DNA from: an uncultured Holophagales bacterium
GTDB lineage: Bacteria; Acidobacteriota; Thermoanaerobaculia; Multivoradales; UBA5704
DNA length: 64,000 nt
Direction of reading: 5' to 3'
Assembly: GCA_963842525.1 (NCBI GenBank)
Contig: CAWJGT010000032.1
Coordinates: 32,001-96,000 of the forward strand
In this document: piece after piece, positions 1 through 12,850 of the stretch
Layout of the letters: every line of letters begins with the position of its first letter
Numbering within the stretch: position 1 is the stretch's first letter
Notes under the pieces: generated by a model
Database searches by the model: none
What the model saw: only the letters and a program-made list of their open reading frames with translations
What the model was told of the DNA's origin: nothing
Position numbers and translations under genes: made by a program

Positions 1-1051
1 CGGTCCGGAATCCGGGCATGGCGCTTCGTTGATCCCGGTTCTCTTCCGGGCGGTGCGCCGAGCGTAAGCTTCTCGAAACCCGACACCAAGACGCGACTGC
101 TGTTTACCAATGGCGCCGCCTTTTCGGCCAGGTGGTTGGAGTCCAGTCGGACCGTCTACGTGCTCTGCTGAAAACCAGGGCAAGGTCCACGGGCAGCCCT
201 ATGCGGCAGACCCGGTCGCTTATCTGTGTTCCCGCAATACCTACATCGCGCTGGTGGCCAAGCTGGTAGCTGCCCTTGCGTTACCTGATGGTTCTCAGGA
301 CCTCACGGATTCTGCAGTGCCGATCCAGGTTCGCATCGGAGCGCTTGAGTCGGGAGAGCTGTTTCGCTCCTCCGGCATCTCCAATATGCTCGCCGGGGAT
401 TTCTTCTCCTGGTATCGCGATGACCCGGATTGGGTTCGCTTCGCACCCCTGGTGGAGGATCTTCTGGCTGCGCTGAGCGGAGTCACCTTCGACGTGACCA
501 GGAAAAGCCCGGAATCCACTCGCGATCTGTTCAAGGGGATGTACCAGTCTTTTGTGCCAAGAGCCTTGCGCCACGCGCTAGGTGAGTATTACACGCCGGA
601 TTGGCTGGCCGCGCACGCACTGGACACCATGAAATGGAGCCCGGAGGATCCACTCCTGGATCCGACCTGCGGCTCAGGCACTTTCATTTTGGAGGCTTTG
701 CGGCGCCGGTTGGGCGCTCCCGGGGCCGAGACGAAGAGCGCCCATGAGCTTCTTCGCGGGATTTACGGGATCGATCTGAATCCCCTCGCGGTCTTGGCGG
801 CGAGGGCCTCGATCGTCGTCTCCTTGGCGCCACGCCTGAAGCCGGGCGATCCGCTCGACCTTCCCGTCTATCTCGCCGATGCGATCAATCCAGCCTCCGT
901 CGAGGGCAGCAGTTACGACCATCGGCTCCAGACGGAGCTGGGGGTCATGCATTTTCGGATTCCGAGATCGGTCGTAGAGCACCCCCGTTTCTTCGCCGTC
1001 TTTGCGCGCATTCGGGAACTGGTTGAAGCGGGTTATGCGGCAACCAAGATC

Positions 1052-2699
1052 GTATCTGTTTACCGCCCTAGTGCCGCCTTCCCCGAGCGGTGGCACGTCC
1101 GCAAGGGCTTGAAGTTCTCTTCTCGGCATGGTCTAATGTCTTTCAGGCATGCCGACTTACGAGGAACTCCTTCAAGAGAACTCTGAGCTCCGCCAAGCCA
1201 ACGGTGAGCTTCGCCAGCGTGTGGAGGAGCAGGGGCGCCAGATTGCGCACCTGAAGCGCCAGCGTCGTCGGAGAAACTTGTCGAGGCGCTACGGCGCCGG
1301 CAAACGCCAGGCTGCCCCCTTCTCGAAGGGAGATCCGAGCGAGGATCCCAAGTCTCAGGGCGCAAAGCCGGGGATCAATATGGTCAGCAAGCGACTCGAG
1401 CTGTGCCCGATCACGTCGACGAACCCATCGTGGTGGAGCGCCCGCTGGAATTGTGAGCACTGTGGGGGTCAGGTCATTCCGCAGGGCGAAGCTCGCCAGT
1501 ATCAGACCGATCTGCCGCCGATTCGGCCGGTGACGACGGAGTTCATCCTCCATTATGGGAAGTGCTCGGCATGTGGCCGGGAAGCTGTGGGGCGTCACCC
1601 GCGCCAGACTTCCCAGGCGTTCCGGGTCGGCAACGTGCAACTCGGTCCAAACGTGTTGGGGCTCGCCGCCTGGCTCAACAAGGTCGGAGGCTTGAGCTAC
1701 GGCAAGATCGCCGCGTTGCTGAAGGAGCTGGCTGGACTGTCTGTGTCGCGCTCGGCCCTGTGCCGCGCGCTGCTTCGCATGAGTAAGAAGCTGGAGCCCT
1801 TGTACGAGGAGCTGAAGGCGAAGATCCGGAGCTTCTCCTGTGGTGTACCCGGACGAGACGGGCTGGCGGGAGGGGGGCTATAGCGTGTGGTTGTGGGTGT
1901 TCACCAATCGCAGCGAGACGGTCTACAGCATCCAGCCGGGTCGTGGCTATGCCGAGGCCTCTGAGGTCCTGGGGGAGGGCTTTGTCGGCGTGCTGGTGGC
2001 TGATGGTTGGGCTCCCTATCAGAAATTTGAAGAAGCGACTCATCAGACCTGTCTGGCGCATCTGTTGCGCCGTTGCGAGGAGCTGCTGGAGAAGGCGACA
2101 GGGGGTGCGGTGCGCTTTCCTCGGGCGGTGAAAGAGATCCTGCAGGCCGCCTTGGGGGCGCGAGATCAGCGGGCGCGGGCAACTCAGCGGCGAGGCGCTG
2201 GAGAAGTCAAGCAGGACTTCGAGCTCCAGATGGAAAGCGTCTGTCGGGGCAGTTCACGAACCCCGACAACCAGCGTCTGGCTCAGCATTTGATACGTCAC
2301 CAGGAGCAGCTGTTTGTCTTCCTGGAACGCACGGATGTGGAGGCGACCAATTGGCCGGCCGAACAAGGGATTCGCCCGGCGGTCATCAACCGCAAGACAT
2401 CTGGGGGAAATCGGACGGCCGAGGGGTCCCAGGCGCAAGCGGTCTTGATGAGTGCCCTGCGCACATTTCAGCAACACCAAGTCGGGACACTCGAGATCTT
2501 GCCCCAGCTTCTGCGCAGCCCCCAGCTACCGAAGCTTGAGGCAATACTTCCTGCGTCACAGCCACCGTAACAGTTCTCGCCACGAGTTATCCGTGGCTCC
2601 AGGTCGGTAGCCGCTCGCCCTCGTCAGGTCGCCTGGCCAGCGCGGACGTGTGTCCAGGGAAAACCTTCCCCAAAAGTGCCGCTGACGGTAAACAGATAC
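1052..2699 (+). mobile_element. IS66-family insertion sequence, compact single-ORF type (ISBst12-like group), 1648 bp
   Basis: Perfect 14-bp terminal inverted repeats GTATCTGTTTACCG (1052-1065) / CGGTAAACAGATAC (2686-2699); 8-bp target-site duplication CCAAGATC at 1044-1051 and 2700-2707; no separate tnpA/tnpB. Confidence 0.93.
1149..2570 (+). pseudogene. IS66 DDE transposase (TnpC-like), split over three frames
   Basis: N-terminal coiled coil; Zn finger (CEHCG...CSACG); YPDETGW, VADGW, HQTCLAHLLR and TNWPAEQGIR motifs across ORFs 1149-1883, 1840-2292 and 2073-2570. Confidence 0.88.
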
Positions 2700-4235
2700 C
2701 CAAGATCTTCGCTGCGTTGGCGCAAGATTTTCCGGAGCTGTCGCTGCCGGAGCCTGAGAAAGCAGAGCCTCTGCTCATCCCTTGGAATCCTGGCCGAGCC
2801 TCCAGAAACGGGGCTGGAATGGCATCTGGTGCGCGATTCTCGCAGACCGCTTCGCCGCCGGGAGTATCCCGCCCGTCGCCTATATTGCAGGGAATCCTCC
2901 CTGGGTCAAGTGGAGCCATCTGCCTCCAGAATATGCCGAGTTCATCAAGGGCCGGTGCATGGATCTCGGGGTGTTCAGCGAGGACCGGTGGGTGGGGGGG
3001 ATTGAGTCCGATATCTCCACGGTCATCACCTATGAGGTGATCGACAAGTGGCTGGCACCCAGGGGCATGCTTGCGTTCTTCATCACCGGCTCAGTCTTCG
3101 CCAAGAATCCAGCCAGGGGATCCGGCGTTTCGAGCTGCAGAACCGGCATCTTCATTTTCGGGTGCTGCGCGTCGAGGACTTCGATGCCGTGGCTCCTTTC
3201 GAGGACGTGGACAATCACCCCACCCTTCTGGTTGTGAGGCGTGACGAGAAGACGGTCTACCCGGTCCCGTATCGGGTGTGGAGCACGCCAAGCGACAAGG
3301 GCCTTGATTCTGGCATCGACCTCTTGGCCGAGCCGGTCCCGGGGACGGATGCGGGGCCGTGGCTGAAGGGCACGGCTGCAGAGCACCGGGTCTGGAAGAA
3401 AATATTCGCCACCCGGGAGCAGGCGTATACCGCACGGAAAGGGATCACGACAGACCGGAATGGCATTTTCTTCGTCGAGCTGCAGGAGGTCTCGGAAGAC
3501 GGCAGGATGTGTACGATCCGGAACGTCCCTGAGATCGGCAGGACACGAGGGATTCAGAGGGTTCGCGAGGTCGTCGAGGCCGATCATGTCTTTCCTCTCC
3601 TGCGCGGCCGGGGTGTGTCCGCCTTCGCGGCGGTCCCGGATCCCGCATACCGGGTCCTGTTGCCCCAACGCGGCATGCACGGAGATCCGGGCTTGCCGGA
3701 GAAGGCCCCGGGAGCCCACCGGTTTTTGCGGCGCTTCAAATCAGAGCTCGAGCGGCGGTCCAGTTACCTCCGATTTCAACGCGGGCAGCCCTATTGGTCG
3801 GTCTGGAGCACGGGGGCTTATACCTTCAGCGCTTTCAAAGTCGTTTGGAAGGAGATGTCGGGGGGGAGGTTCGTAGCCGCCTACACAGGTCGGCACAGGG
3901 ACCCCAGCCTGGGCAGGAAAATCGTCATCCCGGACCACAAGCTCTACTTCGTGCCCGTGGAGACCGAAGCGGAGGCCGCCTACCTGGCGGGCCTGCTCAA
4001 CGCGCGGACCATCACGCGGGCGATCTCTGCCTACGCAGCGCAGTTGAGCCTGGGCGTCAGCGTGGTCGAGTATCTGGCGATTCCGCCCTTCAACCCTGAC
4101 CATGCAACCCACGCCAGCCTGTCCAGGCAAGCGCAAGCGATCACTGCTCGCGGTGGGAACCCCACTCCGGAGGAGCTTGGCATCCTGGATAGCCTGGCCC
4201 TTCGGCTTTTTTAGTGCCCACGAAGCGAACCAGCG

Positions 4236-4655
4236 GCGCACGCTCCGCAAAGCCAGTGTGAGCTCACACTGGAGCAGCGTCCCGGGACACTGGCCCAGCG
4301 CACGCTCCGCAAACCCAGCGTGAGCTACGCTGGCGCAGCGTGTCGGGACGCTGGCTCAGCGTACGCTCCGCAAACCCAGTGAGAGCTTACGCTGGCGCAG
4401 CGTGTCGAGACACTGGCTCAGCGTACGCTCCGCAAACCCAGCGTGAGCTGACGCTGGCGCAGCGTGTCGGGACGCTGGCTCAGCGTACGCTCCGCAAACC
4501 CAGCGTGAGCTCACGCTGGCGCAGCGTGTCGGGACATTGGCCCAGCGTACGCTCCGCAAACCCAGCGTGAGCTCACGCTGGCGCAGCGTGTCGGGACACT
4601 GGCCCAGCGTACGCTCCGCAAACCCAGCGTGAGCTCACGCTGGCGCAGCGTCCCG
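4236..4655. repeat. Tandem array of ~7 x 62 bp built from 20/21-bp CAGCGT-initiated subunits, with a 20-bp palindrome per unit
   Basis: CGCTCCGCAAA recurs at 4241, 4303, 4364, 4426, 4488, 4550 and 4612; palindrome CCAGCGTGAGCTCACGCTGG is perfect in the last three units and variant in the others. Confidence 0.95.
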
Positions 4656-6029
4656 AGACTGAAACGCTCGTCCAGAACTTTCGAGACACCTTCTGAACGG
4701 CTCTTGACCTTCCTCCGCTCCGGCCTGGGGTGGAGCCAGGCGGAGCTGGGCGAAGCCGCCAACGTCAGCCCGAGCCTCCTCAACGACTACGAGCACGGCA
4801 GGAAGGACCTCAAGAGAGACCGGCTGGAGTTCCTGGTCTCCTTTATGGGGCACAGGCCCAAGGAGATCGACGCCGACCGGGTTCTGGCAGAGGCGTTCTT
4901 TGCCGGCTGCTCGCTCTGGGTGGCGAAGCTCTCGAAGCCATCGAGGCGGTCAAATCCGACATGCAGCCGACGGGTACCCGCCGTGCTCCGAGGCGAAGGA
5001 CCGCGAATTGGCGGCCGGCTCTGTGGGTGCGCCTGGAACGGCAACAGCTCACGGCAACGGACTGCGCTGGTTGAAGAAGATGAGGAGTTCCGAGCCTGGG
5101 CGCTCAGCGAGCTTGTCGCGGCGAAGAGCATAGAGAAGGCGCCGAGCAGCCCGGCCGAAGCCCTGGAGCTTGCCATGCTGGCGCTCCGTATCGCCGAGCT
5201 GTGCCCCGGCGAAAAATGGCTGCGCGAGCGCGCCCAGGGCAATGCATGGTTCCATGTAGCGAATGCCCGCCGCGTGACCAATGATCTCCGCGGCAGCGAC
5301 GTGGCCCTCGCCACGGCGACGAGGCACTGGGAGGCCGGGGCCAGCGGAGATCCTGGGCTCTTCAATGAGGCCATCGTGCTCGGGCTGGAAGCAACCATCC
5401 GGAAGTCGCAACGCCGCTTTCCCGAGGCCCTGCGGCGGATCGAAGAGGCTCTAGCTGCCGACCAGGGAGGCCTCCGCGCACAGTTGCTCCTTGCCAAGGC
5501 TCAGATTCTGGGGGCGGTCGGAGACATCGAGGCCTCGACCGAGGTGCTCCGCGAGGCGATTCCTTACATCGCCGAGGACCGGGAGCCGCGGACAGCGCTC
5601 GGCGTACGCTTCCAGCTCATGATCTGTCTCTGCCTACAGGACCGTGCTGCGGAGGCGGCACACGAGCTTCCCAATCTGCATGTCCTCGCCGAGAAGCTCG
5701 ATCAGGACATGGACCGCGTGCGTTTGGTGTGGCTCGAAGGGAAGGTCGCCGCGGGCACCGGCAGGGTCGAGGAAGCCGAGGAAGCTTTCGAGCAGGCCCG
5801 CCGCAAGTTCGTTTCTTACAAGCCTCCTCTGGTCTTCAACTACGCGCTGGTGAGCCTGGACCTGGGGCTGCTGCTTCTGGGGCAGGGCCGGAACATCGAG
5901 GTGGCGACCCTGGCCGAGGAGATGGTTTCGATCTTCACCGGCAGCCTTGGTCCGCTTTCTCCGTCTTGTTCATGCGCAGAAGAGTGTAGCATCGGGCCTT
6001 GCGGCCCAATTACCTCGCCCCCCGGGTAG
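4629..6029 (+). CDS. XRE-family helix-turn-helix protein with C-terminal TPR-like repeats; start uncertain, probable compensating indels near 4900-5060 and at the 3' end
   Basis: LRSGLGWSQAELGEAANVSPSLLNDYEHGR (Cro/C1 HTH), then helical TPR-like repeats (FPEALRRIEEALAAD, GRVEEAEEAFEQARRKF); the middle segment reads better in alternative frames. Confidence 0.75.
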   Translation: MSSRWRSVPRLKRSSRTFETPSERLLTFLRSGLGWSQAELGEAANVSPSLLNDYEHGRKDLKRDRLEFLVSFMGHRPKEIDADRVLAEAFFAGCSLWVAKLSKPSRRSNPTCSRRVPAVLRGEGPRIGGRLCGCAWNGNSSRQRTALVEEDEEFRAWALSELVAAKSIEKAPSSPAEALELAMLALRIAELCPGEKWLRERAQGNAWFHVANARRVTNDLRGSDVALATATRHWEAGASGDPGLFNEAIVLGLEATIRKSQRRFPEALRRIEEALAADQGGLRAQLLLAKAQILGAVGDIEASTEVLREAIPYIAEDREPRTALGVRFQLMICLCLQDRAAEAAHELPNLHVLAEKLDQDMDRVRLVWLEGKVAAGTGRVEEAEEAFEQARRKFVSYKPPLVFNYALVSLDLGLLLLGQGRNIEVATLAEEMVSIFTGSLGPLSPSCSCAEECSIGPCGPITSPPG

Positions 6030-6090
6030 ACACCCGCCCCGGTTCCGGCTAGCATCGAGGACACTTTTGCGGTCTGCTGAAGGAGGCCCG

Positions 6091-7059
6091 GTGTCCGATC
6101 CCTATGCCGGTATTCGCTGGATCTGGAAAAATGGCGAGCTCGTCGAGTTCGCGAACGCGACCGTCCATGTGCTGAGCCACGGCCTGCACTACGGCTCGGG
6201 CGCCTTCGAGGGCATCCGATGCTACGAGACGACGGACGGGCCGGCCGTGTTCCGGCTGCACGACCACCTCCGGCGCCTGGAGAGCTCCTGCAAGATCTAC
6301 CGTATGCCGATCCCCTTTTCCGGAGCGGAGCTGGCGGAGGCGGTGTTCGACACGATCCGCTCCAACGAGCTGCGGGAGTGCTATATCCGGCCGCTCGTCT
6401 TCCGCGGCTTCGGCCCCTCCCTGGGGGTCGACCCGCTGCGCTCGCCCGTCGAGGTGGTCGTGGCGGTCTGGAAGTGGGGCCGCTATCTCGGCGATGCCGC
6501 GGAGGAAGGGGTGGACGTCTGCGTCTCTTCCTGGCCGCGGGTGGCGCCGGGCGCGCTGCCCGCGGTGGCCAAGGCGACCGGGAACTATCTCAATTCGCAG
6601 CTCATCAAGATCGAGGCGCACGTCAACGGCTACGTCGAGGGAATCGCGCTCGACGCGCAGGGCTATGTGAGCGAGGGCTCTGGAGAGAACGTCTTTGCGA
6701 TCCGCAACGGCATCCTGGTGACGCCTCCCGCCTCCTCGTCGCTGCTGCCGGGGATCACCCGCGACACGGTGATCACCCTCGCCCGCGACCTCGGCCTGCA
6801 GGTGCGGGAGGAGCCGGTCCCGCGCGGTCTTCTCTACATCTGCGACGAGCTGTTCATGACCGGCACCGCCGCCGAGATCACCCCGGTGCGGTCGGTCGAC
6901 AAGATCCCGGTGGGCGGCGGCCGGCCCGGCGAGGTGACCCGCCGCCTCATGGCGGAGTTCCGCGCCACCGTCACCGGCAGGACCCAGGACCCTCATCGCT
7001 GGCTGGCGCCGGTCGCGCCCCGGCCCGTGGCGGTCGAGGCCCAGGGCCGCACCGTCTGA
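6091..7059 (+). CDS. ilvE: Branched-chain amino acid aminotransferase
   Basis: HGLHYGSGAFEGIRCY, AKATGNY (PLP lysine), SEGSGEN, LPGITR, TGTAAEITPV; GTG start after AAGGAGG. Confidence 0.96.
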   Translation: MSDPYAGIRWIWKNGELVEFANATVHVLSHGLHYGSGAFEGIRCYETTDGPAVFRLHDHLRRLESSCKIYRMPIPFSGAELAEAVFDTIRSNELRECYIRPLVFRGFGPSLGVDPLRSPVEVVVAVWKWGRYLGDAAEEGVDVCVSSWPRVAPGALPAVAKATGNYLNSQLIKIEAHVNGYVEGIALDAQGYVSEGSGENVFAIRNGILVTPPASSSLLPGITRDTVITLARDLGLQVREEPVPRGLLYICDELFMTGTAAEITPVRSVDKIPVGGGRPGEVTRRLMAEFRATVTGRTQDPHRWLAPVAPRPVAVEAQGRTV

Positions 7060-7075
7060 AACGTAGGAGCACACG

Positions 7076-8242
7076 ATGAACATCAACGACCTGCTCAAGA
7101 TCGCGGTGGACCGCAAGTCCTCGGACCTCCACCTCAAGGTGGGCAGCCACCCCGTCATCCGCGTGGACGGCGAGCTGATCTCGCTGGCCGAGCTGAAGCG
7201 CCTCATGCAGGAGGACACCATCGCGATGGCGTTCTCGATCATGAACGCCCGCCAGAAGCAGCGTTTCAAGGAGGAGCTGGAGCTCGACATCGCCTATCAG
7301 GTGCCGGGGCTCGGCCGCTTCCGCTGCAACGTCTTCCAGCAGCGCGGCGCGGTGGGCATCGTGATGCGCGTCATCCCGGCCCGTATCCAGACCGCCCGCG
7401 AGCTGATGCTGCCGCCCGTCCTCGAACGCATCTGCGAGGAGCGGCGCGGCCTGGTCCTCTGCACCGGCACCACCGGATCGGGCAAGTCGACCACCCTGGC
7501 GGCGCTGATCGACTACATCAACACCAACCGCGGCGAGCACATCATCACCGTCGAGGACCCGATCGAGTTCCTCCATCGGGACAAGAAGTCGCTCGTCAAC
7601 CAGCGCGAGATCGACGTGGACACGCGCTCCTTCGCCACCGCCCTGCGCGCCGCGCTCCGCCAGGACCCCGATGTCATCCTGGTCGGCGAAATGCGCGACT
7701 ACGAGACGATCGAGACGGCCCTGCTCGCCGCCGAGACCGGCCACCTCGTCTTCTCGACCCTGCACACCCTGGATGCCACGGAGACGATCAACCGCATCAT
7801 CTCGGTCTTTCCGCCGCATCACCAGAAGCAGATCCGCATCCAGCTCTCGCAGGTCCTCAAGGCCAGCATCTCCCTGCGCCTGGTGCCGCGGGCCGACGGC
7901 GTCGGCCGCGTGCCGGCCGCCGAGGTGCTGATCTCGACGGCCTACATCCGCGAATGCATCGAGAACAAGGAGAAGACCAAGTACATCCGCGAGCAGATCT
8001 CGCTGGGCACCAGCCAGTACGGGATGCAGACGTTCGACCAGTCGCTCTACCAGCTCTTCCGCAGCGGTCTGATCACCCTCGACGAGGCGCTCAAGCGGGC
8101 GACCAATCCCGACGAGTTCCGCCTCAAGATCCAGGGCGTCCAGTTCACGGCCGACATCTCGCGCGAGCAGATGGAGGAGGCCATGCACGCCCAGGGCGGC
8201 GCCGACGACCTGCTCACCGGCGGATCGCAGTTCGAAATTTGA
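7076..8242 (+). CDS. pilT: Type IV pilus retraction ATPase PilT
   Basis: SDLHL, GTTGSGKST (Walker A), TVEDPIE, ALRQDPDVILVGEMRD, TLHT His box, GMQTFD. Confidence 0.93.
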   Translation: MNINDLLKIAVDRKSSDLHLKVGSHPVIRVDGELISLAELKRLMQEDTIAMAFSIMNARQKQRFKEELELDIAYQVPGLGRFRCNVFQQRGAVGIVMRVIPARIQTARELMLPPVLERICEERRGLVLCTGTTGSGKSTTLAALIDYINTNRGEHIITVEDPIEFLHRDKKSLVNQREIDVDTRSFATALRAALRQDPDVILVGEMRDYETIETALLAAETGHLVFSTLHTLDATETINRIISVFPPHHQKQIRIQLSQVLKASISLRLVPRADGVGRVPAAEVLISTAYIRECIENKEKTKYIREQISLGTSQYGMQTFDQSLYQLFRSGLITLDEALKRATNPDEFRLKIQGVQFTADISREQMEEAMHAQGGADDLLTGGSQFEI

Positions 8243-8691
8243 GCGGTTGTTACGATAAGGCGGCCCAGCTCCTGGCCGCCCGCCCGCACTTCCGGGCCGA
8301 GCTCGCGGCCAAGCTCGCGCAGCGCGACTATCCGCCCGAGGAGGTCGAAGAGGCCCTCGACCGCCTGACCGCCCAGGGATACCTCGACGACCGCCGCACC
8401 GCCCGCGACTTCGTCGTCCATCGCCAGGAGCGCGGCGGCGAGGGGCGGCTTCGTCTCAGGGCCGAATTGGAGCGCCGCGGCGCGCCGGACGAAGCGGTCG
8501 AGGAGGCCCTTGCCGAGCTGACTCCGGAGGACGACCTGCCGGCGGCCCGCGAGGCGGCGCGGCGGTGGGCGGAGCGGCGATCGCGTGCCGAGGATCCCGC
8601 CGCGCTGGCCCGCCACCTGGCCCGGAAGGGGTTTTCCCGCCGTGCTATCTTTGCCCTCTTGAACGAGAGGCACGACGTCGATCCGGAGTAA
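8239..8691 (+). CDS. recX: RecX regulatory protein
   Basis: LLAARPHFRAELAAKL, GYLDD, LRAELERRG, LARKGF; lies just upstream of alaS; TTG start overlaps the pilT stop. Confidence 0.85.
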   Translation: MSGCYDKAAQLLAARPHFRAELAAKLAQRDYPPEEVEEALDRLTAQGYLDDRRTARDFVVHRQERGGEGRLRLRAELERRGAPDEAVEEALAELTPEDDLPAAREAARRWAERRSRAEDPAALARHLARKGFSRRAIFALLNERHDVDPE

Positions 8692-8698
8692 CTCGTCC

Positions 8699-11368
<2,670 letters not shown>

Positions 11369-11395
11369 CCCCCCGCACCCCCCACGGGTATGGGC

Positions 11396-11423
11396 TTGCA
11401 ATTTTCCACTCGTCCTCTAAGAT
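11396..11423 (+). promoter_or_regulatory. Possible sigma-70 promoter upstream of the lytic transglycosylase gene
   Basis: TTGCAA-16 nt-TAAGAT in an AT-richer intergenic stretch. Confidence 0.35.
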
Positions 11424-11496
11424 AGCGCCAGCCGCATAAGCTGTACCCAAGCAGGTTGTGTAGGATCGCGGCCCAACGATTTGGGGGTCCTATCTC

Positions 11497-12192
11497 GTGC
11501 CGAGCTTCAGAGCCGGAGTTTCAGGAGTCTTCGTCCTGTTCACGCTCTTCGTGTGCCCCGTTGGGGCCGAGGTGAGGGTGAAGACCGGGGCGGATGGCCA
11601 GAGAATCATCTTCAACGAGAGCTCGACGCAGCGGACCCGCCGCCTCTCCGACCGGCTGATCCCGGTCCCTGACACGAAGCTCGAGCCGCTCATCGACCGG
11701 CACAGCGCGGCCCAGAACCTCGATCCGCGGCTGGTGCGGGCGGTCATCCAGGCTGAATCCGGATACAACCCGCGTGCCCTGTCGAACAAGGGCGCCATCG
11801 GCCTGATGCAGCTCATGCCCGCCACCGCCAGCACCCTGCGGGTGAGCGATCCCTGGAACATCGAGGAGAACCTCCGCGGCGGCACCGCCTACTTGCGCAA
11901 GCTCCTCGACCGCTTCGCCGGCAGCCTGGAGATGGCCGTCGCCGCCTACAACGCCGGCCCCGGCGCAGTGGAGCGGCACCGCGGCATCCCGCCCTACCGC
12001 GAGACCCGCGAGTACGTGCGCCGGGTCATCGGCCTCTACCGGGGAGCCGATACGGCTCCGGCGGTCCGGACCGCCGCCTCCCGCCGCATCGTGCCGCCGG
12101 CTCCGGCCCCGACCTTCGACGCGGGCCGCCGCAAGCCACGCCTCGTTCGCAACAGCGACAACCAGCTCGTCATCACGACCGCTCTCGACTGA
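11497..12192 (+). CDS. Lytic transglycosylase (SLT domain) with signal peptide
   Basis: AVIQAESGYNPRALS, GAIGLMQLMP, AAYNAGPGAV, ETREYV. Confidence 0.92.
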   Translation: MPSFRAGVSGVFVLFTLFVCPVGAEVRVKTGADGQRIIFNESSTQRTRRLSDRLIPVPDTKLEPLIDRHSAAQNLDPRLVRAVIQAESGYNPRALSNKGAIGLMQLMPATASTLRVSDPWNIEENLRGGTAYLRKLLDRFAGSLEMAVAAYNAGPGAVERHRGIPPYRETREYVRRVIGLYRGADTAPAVRTAASRRIVPPAPAPTFDAGRRKPRLVRNSDNQLVITTALD

Positions 12193-12247
12193 GGCGGCTC
12201 ACGCCTGACATACAATGCCGGGCGCAGGCCGTCCCCTGCGTGCGCCC

Positions 12248-12850
12248 ATGCTCAATCTACCGAACCTGCTCTCGACCATCCGCATCCTCCTCGTCCCGCC
12301 CCTGGTCGTGGTCCTGCTGACCCGGTTCGAGGGCAAGGAGTGGTGGGGCCTGGGCCTGTTCCTCCTCGCCGCGGTCATGGACTTCTTCGACGGCTTCGTG
12401 GCCCGGCGGCGCAAGCAGATCACCCGGTTGGGTACGCTGCTCGACCCGGCGGCCGACAAGATCCTGGTCTCCGCCGCTTTCATCTCCCTGGTCGAGCTCG
12501 ATCCACAGGTCGTGCCGTCCTGGATCGTGGTGGTCATCATCGCTCGCGAGTTTGCGGTGACCGCCCTGCGCAGCTTCGCCGCGGCCGAGGGCCTGGTGAT
12601 CCCGTCGGGCCTATCCGGCAAGGTCAAGACGATCGTCCAGATCGTGTCGATCGCGCTGCTCATCATCTACAACCAGCTCGGAGAGTTCCGGCATCTGGCT
12701 CCCATCTCCCTCTGGGTCGCCATGGTGGTGACCGTCTATTCCGGGGTCGAGTACTTCGTGCGCTTCGGCCACCTCATCCTGCGGGGTGAGGTCCCGGACT
12801 CGCTCGCGCAGCCCCCATCGTCCTCTTCTTCGAATCCTTCGAGGCGCTGA
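12248..12850 (+). CDS. pgsA: CDP-diacylglycerol--glycerol-3-phosphate 3-phosphatidyltransferase
   Basis: MLNLPNLLSTIRI; DFFDGFVARR...GTLLDPAADK CDP-alcohol motif; IIAREFAV; GKVKT. Confidence 0.92.
   Translation: MLNLPNLLSTIRILLVPPLVVVLLTRFEGKEWWGLGLFLLAAVMDFFDGFVARRRKQITRLGTLLDPAADKILVSAAFISLVELDPQVVPSWIVVVIIAREFAVTALRSFAAAEGLVIPSGLSGKVKTIVQIVSIALLIIYNQLGEFRHLAPISLWVAMVVTVYSGVEYFVRFGHLILRGEVPDSLAQPPSSSSSNPSRR

Larger units (their letters stand above)
1..4214 (+). pseudogene. Type IIG-like restriction-modification enzyme / N6-adenine DNA methyltransferase, interrupted by an IS66 element and several frameshifts; 5' end lies outside the window
   Basis: GEYYTP and LLDPTCGSGTF (motif I, SAM binding) and GIDLNP in ORF 110-1186; GNPPW (motif IV) in ORF 2782-3237; TRD-like C-terminus (KVVWKEM, YLAGLLN) in ORF 3048-4214. 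Removing the IS rejoins ...AATKI|FAALAQDF... in frame. Confidence 0.85.

Noticed and set aside
4236-4655. CRISPR array (62-bp period with palindrome)
   Set aside because: The whole unit repeats, there are no unique spacers, and no cas genes are in the window.
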